Source: Sphaerodactylus townsendi
Taxonomy: Eukaryota
Direction: 5' to 3'
DNA: 64,000 bases
Assembly (NCBI RefSeq): GCF_021028975.2
Contig: NC_059439.1
Coordinates: 34,038,001-34,102,000, forward strand
Shown in pieces: positions 23,103-36,900 of the stretch. The notes beneath the pieces were generated by a model. The model saw nothing but the letters and a program-made list of their open reading frames with translations, ran no database searches and was not told the origin of the DNA. Both the position numbers and the translations under genes were made by a program. Every line of letters starts with the position of its first letter. Position 1 is the first letter of the stretch.

Positions 23103-23893
23103 CTATTAGCCTTTTCCTTCCTGGGTCCTAATTTTGTCCAGAAGTAGCCCACTATGGTTTGTGACTAGAGACTGGATTTCTAATTGTTTAAAGTGTTGTT
23201 TTTATTTCATAGCTTTGAGACAATAAATGGTAAACCAGCCACACTACAGAGAAATAAGCCATAAAGACCATGTTGAACATTTCCTTATTATTCTGATTTC
23301 TCTGAATGGTCAGCAGATGTTTCTTCGTGGGAATTAAATTTTAGGAGATAATCCCATAATTCTTTTCAAAGGCCATCTGTCCCTACTGAGAGGAAGGAGC
23401 AGGAAGGTATATCTGTGTGTGAGCAAACGGTACTTTTGAACTGGAATGGACCAAGAAAGAGGCAGTGATTCTGTGAGTCTTTGATGTAAACCCATCAGTG
23501 AAAGTGTATGAAACAGTGCTCCCATTTATCAGAACTCTTGCCTATGTAGTTGTCTGGTGTTCCCACAAATCCCCTTAAATAAAACCAGTCACTCAGTGAC
23601 CAATTCCCTCTGTGTCTCATAGTGAACCACAAAAATCATGTTATGGTGAACTCTCACAGTTTATTGTTGGAGGACAGTGTTTTCTTTTAAGCAGGCTCTT
23701 AGAATCTTGTAGGGGCAGATGGCCTCAGGGTCCTTGACAGCGGACGGATTTCATTACCTCATAGCCTGGCTTTGAAATTGGTGGGAGGCGAGAGGTCCGG
23801 AGTTTAATGGCGTCGTCTTCTCCTCCTCCCCCCACAAGTGCCTCTGCGGCCTGGATAAAAACATATATCAAAATTAAAGTCCAATGAACAAAA

Positions 23894-24195
23894 GAGCAGC
23901 AGTGGCGTAGGAGGTTAAGAGCTCGTGTATCTAATCTGGAGGAACCGGGTTTGATTCCCAGCTCCACCGCCTGAGCTGTGGAGGCTTATCTGGGGAATTC
24001 AGATTAGCCTGTACACTCCCACACACGCCAGCTGGGTGACCTTGGGCTAGTCACAGCTTTTTGGAGCTCTCTCAGCCCCACCCACCTCACAGGGTGTTTG
24101 TTGTGAGGGGGGAAGGGCAAGGAGATTGTAAGCCCCTTTGAGTCTCCTGCAGGAGAGAAAGGGGGGATATAAATCCAAACTCCTCTTCTTCTTCT
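23894..24195 (+). mobile_element. Young full-length Squam3-like SINE
   Basis: gagcagcagtggcgtaggaggttaagagctcgtg...ataaatccaaactcctcttcttc; near-identical to the copies at 33115, 51988, 53433, 58870, 63173. Confidence 0.88.
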
Positions 24196-26546
24196 ACTGT
24201 GCTTGGAGCATGTGTCAGGAAGGACGCGAGTGGCAGAAAAGAACCCAAGTATGTCTCTGGTTTCAACAACCCTTTCTCTATAGAGATATCACAAACATGG
24301 CTGTTACCAGACAGACCTCTTCTCTTGTTGACACGCAAACATACAGAAACAGTCAAGAGAAGCCAAGGCTGTTCAGGAACACCCCCCAGAACTGAATGAA
24401 AAGTGGTAGCTTCTACAGGAGTTAGTCCTTTCCATCCATAACTCATTGGGTTATGAAAGATGGTTATGCATAGTCAACCCATGAGAAATTGGATGAATGC
24501 TATTGAATAAAGGAAAGGTTAAGTAAAGGAAGTTACTTTTGCTATGAATTGGTCTGTCCATTCTGTTCAGGTACCGGAAAAGAGGGTGACGAAAAAAAGC
24601 TCGTCTGATTTGACCAGATTTTCTGCTCAGCTCTTGTCCAGTTCCCCCTTATTGACAACCCAGCCTTCTATCCTTGCATGACCCCTTAAATCCTTTTTTT
24701 GGACACGTTCCAAGTTGTCACTAAGAATTTCTGTGATATCCCAATATTATCCCACCCTTCCCAGAAGGAGTCTGAGATAATTGGCCATCTTTATGCCCTC
24801 TACGTCAGCGTGTGCCCAAATCCTAGATTTTACCCAGGCCACTCCAGCTGTCTTCATAGTTCAAGACTGGCACATGACATATGTGAACATCTGCAACTCA
24901 GGAATGCCTAAAGCTGCCTTTGATTAAATTAGAGCCTGTATCTATCAAAATCATCTGGGTCAAATCAGTCCGGGGTCTTGGTTAGAGGTCTTTTCGATCA
25001 AGTCCTCAACTGGAAATGCCTGGAATTGAACACTGGACATTCTGCATGTCACACAGATGTTCAACCACTGAACCACAATCTCACCTTTCCTCCTGCCATG
25101 TCTTCTTCTTCCTCTCTTCCTCCTCCATCCAGACCGACCCCTTCCTCGGCGACCTCCTTTCCGCATCCAGCGGCAATGGGGGCCGGCGCTCCTATTGCGC
25201 TGGAATCTTGCCATTGGGACCTGATGGGTTCGTCACGTAAGCGCAAGGAGCAGCAGACATAGCACCTGCGAGCTGAGGCACCCCAACACCTCTGGCCTGA
25301 GATACCTGCCCAGCCTGCTTATAGGCCAGTGGCCCATTGTGACGTAAGATGACTCTATGGGGTGTTGCCACAGGAATGTCAATGTAGTTACCAGTGATGC
25401 AGTAAAGTGATGGAGGAGGAGTGTGGAATCGAACCCGGTTCTCCAGATTAGAATCCACCTGCTCTTAACCACTGCACCATGCTGGCTCTCCACCAGTGAC
25501 TATCACACACCACTCCCTCTAATAGTAGATGCCCCCTTCATTATGATCATACACAACTAGACCACCAGCAGAACTAGACCATCCGCAGAACTAGACCACT
25601 CGCAGGTTCATTCCGCACATGCAGAATAATGCACTTTCAAACTGCTTTCAATGCTCTCTGAAGCTGTGCAGAATAGCAAAATCCACTTGCAAACAGTTGT
25701 GAAAGTGGTTTGAAAACACATTATTTTGCGTGTGCGGAAGGGGTTGCAGAAAGCATATTATTTATACTATTCCACAAAAAAAGAAAACAATGGTAAAATG
25801 TGAAGAATATTGCTGAAATAGTGTATATTAATTATCAAGAAACCAAAAGTGGAAATAGTTAAAACGATTAACCGTGATGATAAACAATAATATGCCAATA
25901 AAACTTTTATTTTGTGAGAAAAATACTAGAAATTTATAACCACCACCACTCAGTGCATTTTTAACATACTTAGGATTATTAAAACTTCCATTATCAATAT
26001 TTTCTTTTTCATTTTTATATGATATGTATAATTGCATTTCCTGTATTCGTCTCTAGAATTTATTGTGATTATGATTTGATTCCATTTTTGTTTGTTTTGT
26101 AAATTATCTATAAAAATAAAATAAAAAAGGGTTTGAATTATTGACAAAAAGGCACCGGCTTGATATTAGGAAAATAATTTACAGTGAGAATAGTTCGACT
26201 GTGGAATCAGGTGGTGACCCCCCCAGCCCACTTTCTGGCGGTCTTCAAACAGCCACTGGATGAACATTTTTTCAAGGATGACTTAAGCTGATCTTGCATC
26301 GAGCCGGGAGTTAACTAGATGACCTGTCTGGCCCCTTCCAACTCTATGATTCCATGGTTCTAACCCTGGAGACAATGAAGTCACGCTTCCTCTGGTCATC
26401 TCCTGGTAGGCGGCATCTACCAAGGCGTTTTTTTCAGTCCCATAACCAGGCCGAAACCCAAACTGGAAGAGATCTAAACAAGAGGTATCGATTATCAGTA
26501 CAAAATCGTCCTTATTTTTTCATCTGTGAAATGTTTTGCCCTCAGT

Positions 26547-26697
26547 GGCCCCTTCCGCACATGCAGAATGATGCACTTTCAATCCATTCTCACAATTGTT
26601 TGCAAGTGGATTTTGCTATTCCGCACAGTCAAATCCAGCTGCAAAGCGCCTTGAAAGTGGATTGAAATTGCATTATTCTGCATGTGCGGAAGGGGCC
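26547..26697. mobile_element. Palindromic Harbinger-like MITE (~150 bp)
   Basis: TIR ggccccttccgcacatgcagaat; 3-bp TSD AGT; relatives at ~25605-25745, 30791-30931 (TAG), 34574-34714 (TAA), 40289-40439, 53020-53172. Confidence 0.82.
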
Positions 26698-26729
26698 AGT
26701 TATAACCTGTCCTGCCTACCAGCAATACA

Positions 26730-26964
26730 TACCCTGTTTCCCCTAATATAAGACATCCCCGAAAAATAAGACATAGTAGAGGTTTTGCTCAAGTGTGAAA
26801 TATAAGGCATCCCCCGAAAGTAAGACATAGCAAAGTTTTTGTTTGGAAGCATGCCCGACGAACAGAACACAGAAAAATAAGACATCCCCTGAAAATAAGA
26901 CATAGCGCATCTTTGGGAGCAAAAATTAATATAAGACAGTGTCTTATATTCGGGGAAACACGGT
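26730..26964 (-). mobile_element. Tc1/mariner (Tigger-like) MITE
   Basis: TA-flanked TIRs ccctgtttcccc.aa.ataagac; opposite-orientation copy at 42826-43061. Confidence 0.8.
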
Positions 26965-27052
26965 ACAGAAGTGGGATAGAGAAGGGCAGGCAGAACTGGA
27001 TTCCGGGCAGCACTGACCTCATGGAAAGACTCCGTGTGGGCTAGTACCTGTG

Positions 27053-27176
27053 CAGTGGTGGCGAACCTTTGGCACTCCAGATGTTATGGACTACAATTCC
27101 CATCAGCCCCTGCCAGCAGGGGCTGATGGGAATTGTAGTCCATAACATCTGGAGTGCCAAAGGTTCGCCACCACTG
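27053..27176. mobile_element. Palindromic hAT MITE
   Basis: Perfect inverted repeat cagtggtggcgaacctttggcactccagatg...; same family at 62349-62484. Confidence 0.85.
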
Positions 27177-27740
27177 TGTTAGGGTAACCAGTATCACGGT
27201 TTTCCTGGAATTACAATTGATACCCAGCCAACAGAAATCAATTCGCCTACAGGAAATGGCAGGGTGGACTCACATCTCATCCCCGCTCCAAAGTTTGTCC
27301 TCCTCAGGCTCCACCCCCCACCCACAAATCTCCACTAATTTCTTAAACTACAGTTGGCAGCTGCAGTCAACCAGGGTTTGCATTCTTTCAGTCAAGTTAG
27401 GGCGAGAACACAGCTGCTCCAGTGGTGGCATTCAAATAATTCAACAACTGGTTCCGGTGGTGGGGTTCAAAGAATTTAACAACTGGTTGTTTACAAGCAC
27501 CATTTTAACAACCAGTTCTGCTGAAGTGGTGCAAACTGGCTGAATCCCACCACAGGTTCCGTCTTTGGCTGTAGCGTCTATCTCCAGACTTCTGGCCGGA
27601 TCAGGCTTCTGCCGCTTATCCCCGTTGCTCTGATTGAAGACCCACATCTTGTGACGCACCCCCAAGTGAAGTTCGCTCCAGGACTCCAGACCCATGCCCG
27701 ATTGCTCTGGCTGAAATCCTTGAGTTCTATAGCAAGCGGC

Positions 27741-27925
27741 TTATTTGTAGAGGCCAAGGGAAGGGCTGTGGTAGAAACACATGTAGGCGTCACAGAGCAG
27801 GCGGCGAGCACACGTGGGCAAGGTCTTGGGGTCCAGGCCCTGCAGCTCTTTCGGGGACATTTCCAGGTAGTCCGCCACCTCTGAACAGGTCGTAACGCGA
27901 GGGATGTTGAAGCCATTGAGACCAC
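27741..27925 (-). CDS. CYLD-like coding exon 14 (C-terminus, stop)
   Basis: cag|[24 protein letters not shown]...[22 protein letters not shown] (TAA at 27743-27741). Confidence 0.94.
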
Positions 27926-30900
27926 CTGAAACGCAGAGGAATGAGGGGAGAACAAACGGTGAAGAGTCTGAGATAGCAAAGTGAAGAAGCGAAAAGATAC
28001 GTGACCATCGCAACATATAGATTAGATGAGGAGGCAAGAGAGGGAAATGGAGGACTGGAAGGNNNNNNNNNNNNNNNNNNNNNNNNNNNNNNNNNNNNNN
28101 NNNNNNNNNNNNNNNNNNNNNNNNNNNNNNNNNNNNNNNNNNNNNNNNNNNNNNNNNNNNNNNNNNNNNNNNNNNNNNNNNNNNNNNNNNNNNNNNNNNN
28201 NNNNNNNNNNNNNNNNNNNNNNNNNNNNNNNNNNNNNNNNNNNNNNNNNNNNNNNNNNNNNNNNNNNNNNNNNNNNNNNNNNNNNNNNNNNNNNNNNNNN
28301 NNNNNNNNNNNNNNNNNNNNNNNNNNNNNNNNNNNNNNNNNNNNNNNNNNNNNNNNNNNNNNNNNNNNNNNNNNNNNNNNNNNNNNNNNNNNNNNNNNNN
28401 NNNNNNNNNNNNNNNNNNNNNNNNNNNNNNNNNNNNNNNNNNNCACCTTTCTCTCCAGTAAGGAGACCCAAGGTGGCTTAAAAGCTCCTTTCCCAGCCTC
28501 TCCCCACAACAGATACCTTGTGGAGTAGGTGGGGCTGAGAGAGTTTGGAGAGAACTGTGACTAGCCCAAGGTCACAAAGCAGGAATGTAGGAGTGCAGAA
28601 ACACATCTGGTTCACCAGAGAAGCCTCTGCCACTCAGGTGGAGGAGTGGGGAGTCAAACCTTGTTCTCCAGTTTAGAATCCACCTGCTCTTAACCACCAC
28701 ACCACGCTGGTTGTCAAGAGATAGAGGTACAAACATCCCTAAAGATCCCTAAAGAGTTCTTCCCCCAGGAGTCACAATTCCTGTTCTTCCCAGGACGAGG
28801 CTCTTGCCTTCTCCTTGTGGGCTGCTTACCCTCCCGGTCGGCCATGCTGTCAAAGAAGAGCCACTGGTGGACACCAGAGCCGTGGCGGGTAAAGGCTACG
28901 TAGTGGCTGGTCTCGATGCAGAGGATGGCAAAGAGTTGCATGGTCTGTCGGGGGATGACGCTGGGCAAATGGCCCAAACGGGAAAGCTCTTCGGGCAGAT
29001 GCAACGGGCGGGGCTTGTGGCAGCGCCGGGCACGGTGCTTGTGAACCTGTGAAGGTAAGCCAAGTGCCATGAAAATGACATAAAAGGAGAGGGTGAAGAG
29101 GGGTCGATGCTCGGCGGTAGAGCGTCAGCATTGCATCAAGACTGCAAAGATTGTCATGCCCTTATATAAAGCCGTGGTGCGACCGCACTTGGAGTACTGT
29201 GTCCAGTTCTGGTCGCCACATCTCAAAAAGGATATCGAAGAGACAGAAAAAGTGCAGAGAAGGGCAACGAGGATGATTGAGGGACTGGAGCACCTTCCCC
29301 TATGTGAGGACAGGCTGCAGTGTTTGGGACTCTTCAGTTTGGAGAGGAGACGTCTGAGGGGGGATAGGATTGAAGTCTTTTCATAAAATTGTATGGCATG
29401 GGAGTAGAAAAATGCTTGGACCAAGAGAGAAGAGATTTTTCTTCTTTTTCTCAACGCATACTAGGAACCAGGGGCATCCATTGAAAATGCTGGGGGGAAG
29501 AATTAGGACTAATAAAAGGAAACACTTCTTCACGCAACGTGTGATTGGTGTTTGGAATATGCTGCCCCAGGAGGTGGTGATGGCCACTAACCTGGATAGC
29601 TTTAAAAGGGGCTTGGACAGATTTATGGAGGAGAAGTTGATTTATGGCTACCCATCTTGATCCTCTTTGATCTGAGATTGCAAATGCCTTAACAGTCCAG
29701 GTGCTCGGGAGCAACAGCCGCAGAAGGCCATTGCTTTCATATCCTGCATGTGAGCTCCCAAAGGTACCTGGTTGGCCACTGCGAATAGCAGAGAACTGGA
29801 CTAGATGGACTCTGGGCTGATCCAGCTGGCTTGTTCTTATGTTCTTAAGACAGACCCAGGTTGAAAGGATCAGGTAGGAGGCGGAGTAAAAGCCCCCTAT
29901 TCAAAACTGTGGAGAAACTATTGCCTGTCAGAGCAGAAAATTCAGAGCTTGGTAGACCGAGGGTCGAACTCGGAACAAGGCAACACCATATGCTCCTGAG
30001 CTAATAGGTGATCCTGTCGTTCCTTCTTTTGTAGTTCTTCCTCTCTATACTATTTGATCACACCCCCGAAATCTAGCCCTGCTGTATATTTCGAACAGCT
30101 TGTTAATTATAATTGCAGATGGATCGTGACAAGAGCAAGGTGCAACTCATTCCCCTCTGTCTATTTTCAAGGCTGTTTCCTTAACATCCCACAAAGTGAG
30201 CGTTGTTGTCGGTACTATCCCAACGCTATGGACTCAATCCCTCATATCCTGCTTTACTGTTTGAGGTATCATGATATTAGAACTGATCTGGGAGCTTTAC
30301 TACCTCTAGAATTTATGTTTCTCGCAGACAAACTAAAAATGTCTAAGCTATTGAACAGCGCTAATGTAGAAATTTCTGAAGCAGTCGCTACATTTTTAAT
30401 CCATGTTCTACATGATATATAACAATGATTCTGTTTTTGTACTTGGAATGTATGGTACTTTCTGGTTTATGCCTAATAAAGGTTTTTGGATTGGATTGGA
30501 TTAGTTCTTCCTCACTTCCTTCTGGCACCGGTTCTTGGCACCAACTTTCAGTATTCTCCTTCATTACAAGATGTAAGCAGCTGACTGGACCGGAACGTAG
30601 TCTTTTTACAGGCTCTTATAACAGACTGTCATGACCACTCTGTATTCTACAGTCGTTTATGGTTGGATCTTAAGCCCTACATGTCCACTCTGATTTGTTG
30701 CAAAGGTTTGACTTGAACGGACAGTAGTTAGTTTCCTGGCTAAACTTGTGCATGCTTCTTGTGGAGGAGTTCTGTGCAGTCACGTGACTAGGGCTTATTC
30801 CGCACATGCAGAATAATGCACTTCCAAACTGCTTTCAGTGCTCTTTGAAGCTGTGCGGAATAGCAAAATCCTCTTGCAAACAGTTGTGAAAGTGGTTTGA

Positions 30901-33900
30901 AAACGCATTATTTTGCGTGTGCGGAAGGGGCCTAGGTTCCACAGGCATATCTAGGAAAAACGTAGCCTGGTGCAAAATCTGAGTTTTTCCTACCCCCTCT
31001 CCCCCCCGCCCATATGGACGGCCACCGTCCTCCACCACGACTAAACAACTTTTTTTTGCACTGGGTCTTGAAGTCAGTGTATGGACACGTGGAGAAGGAG
31101 GAGGGGTGTGGGGGGCGATTTTCCATCCCCCACGGGACTAAATGGCCGTAGCCCAGGGGCATTTGTCCCCATATGTCCCCCTGTGCGGTACGCCCCTGCT
31201 AGGGTCAGGCTCTCGTGGACCAATTCTGCAAAGGGAGGCACTTTCCCTGGGGTGTTGAAGGCTGAAACCATTGTCAGTGGGTTCTAACACAAAGTCTCCC
31301 ACGCTGAGAAACCGACCCCCACGACATACCTGCTGGCTGCAGGTCTTGCAGAACTGCTTGATGCGTCCAAAACCAAAGCTGTGATCCCCGTAGCAATCCA
31401 GACACTCTGTCGCTGCCAGCCCTTGACAGATACAGCACTCCCGAGGGGCTGCAAATGGTTCAGGCAGACACAAGCCAGTCAGTCTCGACAACCAGAGGCG
31501 CCTAATGCTTTGAGAGCTGTGAGGCCACTGTGGAAGCACACTTGGATGCTCCATGCAAAAATAACCTCCTGAAAAACCTAACATTGCAGCTTGCAAAGAA
31601 CATCCGGCTGTGCACAGGACGGATTGGCCAGCACCCTGTGTCCTCACCCTGCCCCCTTCCCCCACAAATCCCCAGAAGGCTTTTGCGCCAGCTTCTGTCT
31701 CTTTCCTTACTGTCTTCCAGAAGGTCGGTGAGGTCAAGTTCTAGGCTGGGCTGGATGGTGCAGAAGGCCTTGAAGTTCTTCCCGTTCCTCGGCATTTGCA
31801 GGATGAGACAGGAAGGGGCCTGGTGGGGAACAAGGAAGCAACAGGAATGAGCAAGGATGGAAGAAGGGATGCGTTGTTGTCGAGGGACACTTCTGTGGCA
31901 CTCAGGTACAAATCTGCCGATGACACAACGGTGGTGGGGCTCATCTCTGGAGGGGATGAGTCTGCCTATCGGAGTGAGGTGGACCGACTGCTCTCATGGT
32001 GCAGGGAAAATAACCTGGTTCTTAATACTAACAAGACAAAGGAGCTTATAGTGGACTATAGAAGGAATAGCTCAGGAATTCAGCCCTTGACTATAAATGG
32101 AGATCAAGTGGAGCGGGTGGCTAGTTTTAAATTTCTGGGCGTTATGATTAAAGAGGACTTGACCTGGGGCGTACAGACTGCCGCGGTGGTTAAGAAGGCC
32201 CAGCAAAGACTGTACTATCTGAGACTTTTAAGGAAACAACAACTGGATGGAAAACTCCTGGTGTCCTTTTACCGCTGTGCTATAGAGAGTGTCTTAACCT
32301 ACTGCATCTGTGTACAGTTCTCCAGTTGCACAGTGGCAGATAGGAAGGTGCTCCAAAGGGTGATCACTACTGCACAGAGGATTATCGGCTGCCCTCTCCC
32401 CTCCTTCGGGAACTCTATAATTCCCGAAGCCTAAAGAAAGCCCAAAATATTCTGAGAGACCCGTCTCATCCAGCACACTCTCTTTTTGAACTGTTACCAT
32501 CCGGCAGACGATACAGGTCAATCAAAACTAGGACAAAGAGGCTTAGAGACAGCTTCTACTCTAGACCTGTGGCTATGCTAAACTCCGCAGCTTCGTGTTG
32601 ATGTGTTTGGGGCTGTGTAGGGATGGGTGGAGGAAGGGGAAAGTGAGGATGGGGGATGAGTCTGAAATTGTGTGCATCGAGGAATGCTGCTGTAAATTTC
32701 GTTGTGCGTGCACAATGACAATAAAATGCTTATGCTTATGCTTACTATTCCGCAGAGTTGTCATAAAAACTGCGGAGTTGAATCTAGCAGATCCATTCCC
32801 TCAATAGTAGACCTTCCCCTGTCGTAAGAAGAACTACCTCATATACAACTTGTGGAACAATTTCCTTTCGTGGTCCATCACACATTGCCTTATATTGGGT
32901 TGAACGCTGCTGTCCTAATGATGGAGCTTTCACCTGGTACGAAAGCTTTACTCCAGTGAAAAATGAATGTTCCACTAGTAGAAGGTTCCACTATTAGCAG
33001 AACCTTTGTAATTCACTGAATTCATAATTTGTACTGTCCACCAGTTAAGGTAGCCTTCCAAACCTCTCTCTGTGTGCCTGTTACAGTTTTAACTGGAAGT
33101 ATCCTGTCATTTTTAGAAGAAGAAGAAGAAGAAGAAGAAGAAGAAGAAGAAGAGGAGGAGGAGGAGGAGTTTGGATTTATATCCCCCCTTTCTCTTCTGC
33201 AGGAGACTCAAAGGGGCTGACAATCTCCTTGCCCTTCCCCCCTAACAACAAACACCCTGTGAGGTAGGTGGGGCTGAGAGAGCTCTGAGAAGCTGGGACT
33301 AGCCCAAGGTCACCCAGCTGGCGTGTTTGGGAGTGTACAGGCTAATCTGAATTCCCCAGATAAGGGGAATCAAACCCGGTTCCTCCAGATTAGATACACG
33401 AGCTCTTAATCTCCTATGCCACTGCTGCTCCCTTTTAGCTGCCTTCATAGCCTGCTTCTAGCTTGCGGAATGGTCTCCTCGAGATATTTTAAATTGGGGA
33501 GCTCCAAACTATGTCTGCCATCAGAATTCATAACGAAATTAAATCTGTTTTAGTTGAACGAGAGAAACTGGAAATGTTGCAGGGGGGGGGGAGCTGCTTT
33601 CCACAGGCCTTGGGAATTGTCCGATCAGGTCACTGTGCCAACTATCTGTACATTCTGTGCAATCCCAAACAACGCAGAGCGTACACTTTGGCTCGTTTTA
33701 ACGCTCTGCCTAACGCTATGACTCTTGGCAGGTATAATAACACTCCATATGAGAACAGGTTATGTCAATGTAATATGGCCGTTGCTGAGACTGTTCAACA
33801 TGTACCATTGGAATGTCCAATATACGAGTCGTTACGCTCTATGCACATCTGTCCATTGATAGAGAGCTCAAACGCTGTCAGGCCACCATCTGTTATGAAT

Positions 33901-36900
33901 TTTCTACTCAACGGTTCCTGTGATCTTGTATGTGAGAATGTTGCAAGTTTTTTGAGGCACTATTTGGTCAGGCGCAATCATTGCCTACATAGTACTAACG
34001 GCTAAATTATTTTATGTGTGCGGTTTACAAGGCATGGTTGTGAATGTTCAACGTTGTTTTAATGTATTTTAATGTTTGAATGTCTCAGTTAGTAGATAAA
34101 TGCCCCTTTTTACTAACTCTGTAATTTATAATGCCAATAAAGGCTTTGGAATTGGAATTGGAAATTGGGGAGCTGAGTTGTTATTGATGACTATTAGGTT
34201 GCTGGAAACATAGTACTACTTTTTAAAAAAATATATATCTCACGAGCCACTTTGATCTGGCCTCAGACTATGGGATGGAGCAAGTAAAGAGCCTGTGCGG
34301 TGCAGGCAAAATGACGGTGCTACCATCCTTCTGTATCTCACCTCTGTGAACTTGAGGTCTGCAGTGACAAGCGACCCTTCCAGGAGTTGCTGAACAGTGG
34401 GCACCGCCTGGGTTGGGTGCCCCTCGGTGAAGATCTGGTAGAAAATGCATCCGTGGGGGTCCTTACCAGCCGAGCTTGGGGGGGAAAGGAGAGAGAAAAG
34501 GATGAGAAGGGGAGAAGCTAATATGAATGAGGGGTGCGGAGAATATGAAACAAGGGGGAATAAGAGAAGATAAGGCCCCTTCTGCACACGCAAAATAATG
34601 CATTTTCAAACCACTTTCACAACTGTTTGCAAGTGGATTTTGCTTTTCCGCACAGCTTCAAAGAGCACTGAAAGCAGTTTGAAAGTGCATTATTCTGGAT
34701 GTGCGGAATGAGCCTAAGATAGTTACAGTCAACGGGGGTCCCAAATAGTTTTCCCCCTTCCCCAATTAAGTTATCATCCCCTACACACACATTTTGTAAC
34801 ATAAGCTACTGCACAATAAACAACAATGAACACAATAATAAATCTAATAAATAATAAGATGCAGGGTAGAGCAGAATGAACTAACTGAATTTATTACAAT
34901 CATAGATCAGTAGTATATTTACCAAAAGTGACTTTAAAAAACTTTACCTTCCTAAAGGTCCACACAGTTATGTTTTCTTTATGAGGACCCTGAGAGTGTT
35001 CTTAAACTCAGAACTCTACTCAACCCTATTCAGTGGGGATAATTCCCAGGAAAGTATTTTTGGAATGGCATCGTATCAAATTTATTTAGGTTTTTTAAAA
35101 AGTGGCTTATTGTCCTCAAGTCATAATCAGTGGTGGGATCCAAAAATTTTAGTAACAGGTTCCCATGGTGGTGGGATTCAAACAGTGGCGTAGCACCAAT
35201 GGGGCTGGGCGGGGCACGACGGGGGTGTGGCCAGGCATTCCAGGGGCGGGGCATTAATAATTTCTCTGTTACTGTAAAAAAACTCTTACTGTAAAAAAAA
35301 AGTTCCTAATTTCCAGCTGGTATCTTTCTGTCCATAATTTAAACTCATTATAGCAAGTCCTATCGTCTACTGCCAACAGAAACAACTACTTCTCCTCTAA
35401 TTGACTGCCTGTCAAATACTTAATACTTTCAAATACTTCATTTTGTTTTTAGAAATCAAAAGAAGGATACTTTCCTTAAACAAGGAACTTGGCCATATTA
35501 CTAAAACATGTTTTTAAAAAAGCCCAACAGGGAGAATGATCCCGTTTTCTACCTTCGCTAACCAGCCACATAGGAAACAACAGGACTTTATGATTTTTGG
35601 ACCTAATGGAATTTCTAACGGAAAAGCAGACCCAATTAGTAACCCCCTCTCAGCACACACAAATAATTAGTAACCCACTCTCGGGAACTGGTGAGAACCT
35701 GCTGGATCCCACCTCTGGTCATAATGCTAAGATTAAAAGAACATCAATGTGAGGAGAGTCCACTATGAGCCCCCAAGCGCTCGACGTAACGTAAGTGTTC
35801 AGCGTGGGATAAGTTTTGCATCTTAAGTGGAATGCTGAACTTCAGAAACACTTCAGGCTATTTGCTAATCAACATCCAAGCTGAATACATCCCATTCTTG
35901 ATCATTTCCTCAGCATAACTCATCTGACCAGATAACGAAAATAACAACGGCATCAGGTGACATTTGGGAACACCCGGATTTGTCAATGTGTCATGAAAGG
36001 AATTTCTGAGAAAAACAGGTTACAAACAGGTGGGAGGTGGCAGTTGAAAAAGGGACCCCATCGTCTTTCTTTGGTGCTTGGGGATTGCGGGGGGGAGGGG
36101 GGTCACTCACCGAATCTGGAAGAGGGGATCCATTTTCAGGACTCGGAACAACAAGGTGAGAAATTCTTCTGGGTCTGTAGTGAGAAAGAAGAAGAAGAGT
36201 TTGGATTTATGCCCTCCCTTTCTCTCCTGTAAGGAGACTCAAAGGGGCTGACAATCTCCTCCCCCCCACCGCCAACAAACACCCTGTGAGGTGTGTGGAG
36301 CTGAGAGAACTCCAAAGAACTGTGACTACCCCAAGATCACCCAGCTGGCGCGGGTTGTAGTGCACAGGCTAACGCAGTTCCCCAGATAAGCCTCTTCAGC
36401 TCAAGTGGCAGAGCGGGGAATCAAACCCCGGTTTTTCAGATTAGAGTGCACCTGCTCTTAACCACTATGCCACTGCTGCCCTGGTGAAGATATGTCAGCA
36501 GAAGAGGCAATGTCTGCCCAGTCCTCACCAATGCCTCTCATTCAAACACACCAGCCACTCCGCCACACAGTGGCTGTACTGCGTTCTCTCTCTCACACAC
36601 ATGCACACGTGCTTTTCACCAACCTTTCTCTTCACTTGTGAAGCCTGAAGAATGTCCGGCAGTTTCCAGAACTTTCCGCAGCGCCATGACTTTGGTAGCA
36701 CAGACGTAGCCATTCCTGCCCAGAGAAGAGGGAAAGAAATACTGCATCACCTCCAGATTTACTTCTGGAACACTTTTTGGAGGTACTGATGCCCAGCTCT
36801 GCTGCCTGAGCTGTGGAGGCTTATCTGGGGAATTCAGATTAGCCTGTGCACTCCCACACACGCCAGCTGGGTGACCTTGGGCTAGTCACAGCTTCTCGGC

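Noticed and set aside
23894-23965. tRNA genes at the SINE heads
   Set aside because: A/B boxes only, continuing into SINE body and tail; no complete cloverleaf or terminator.
25900-27740. Poly(A) site of the CYLD-like gene
   Set aside because: No proximal minus-strand AATAAA found; candidates near 26060 and 25905 lie in AT-rich DNA and cannot be supported without RNA data.
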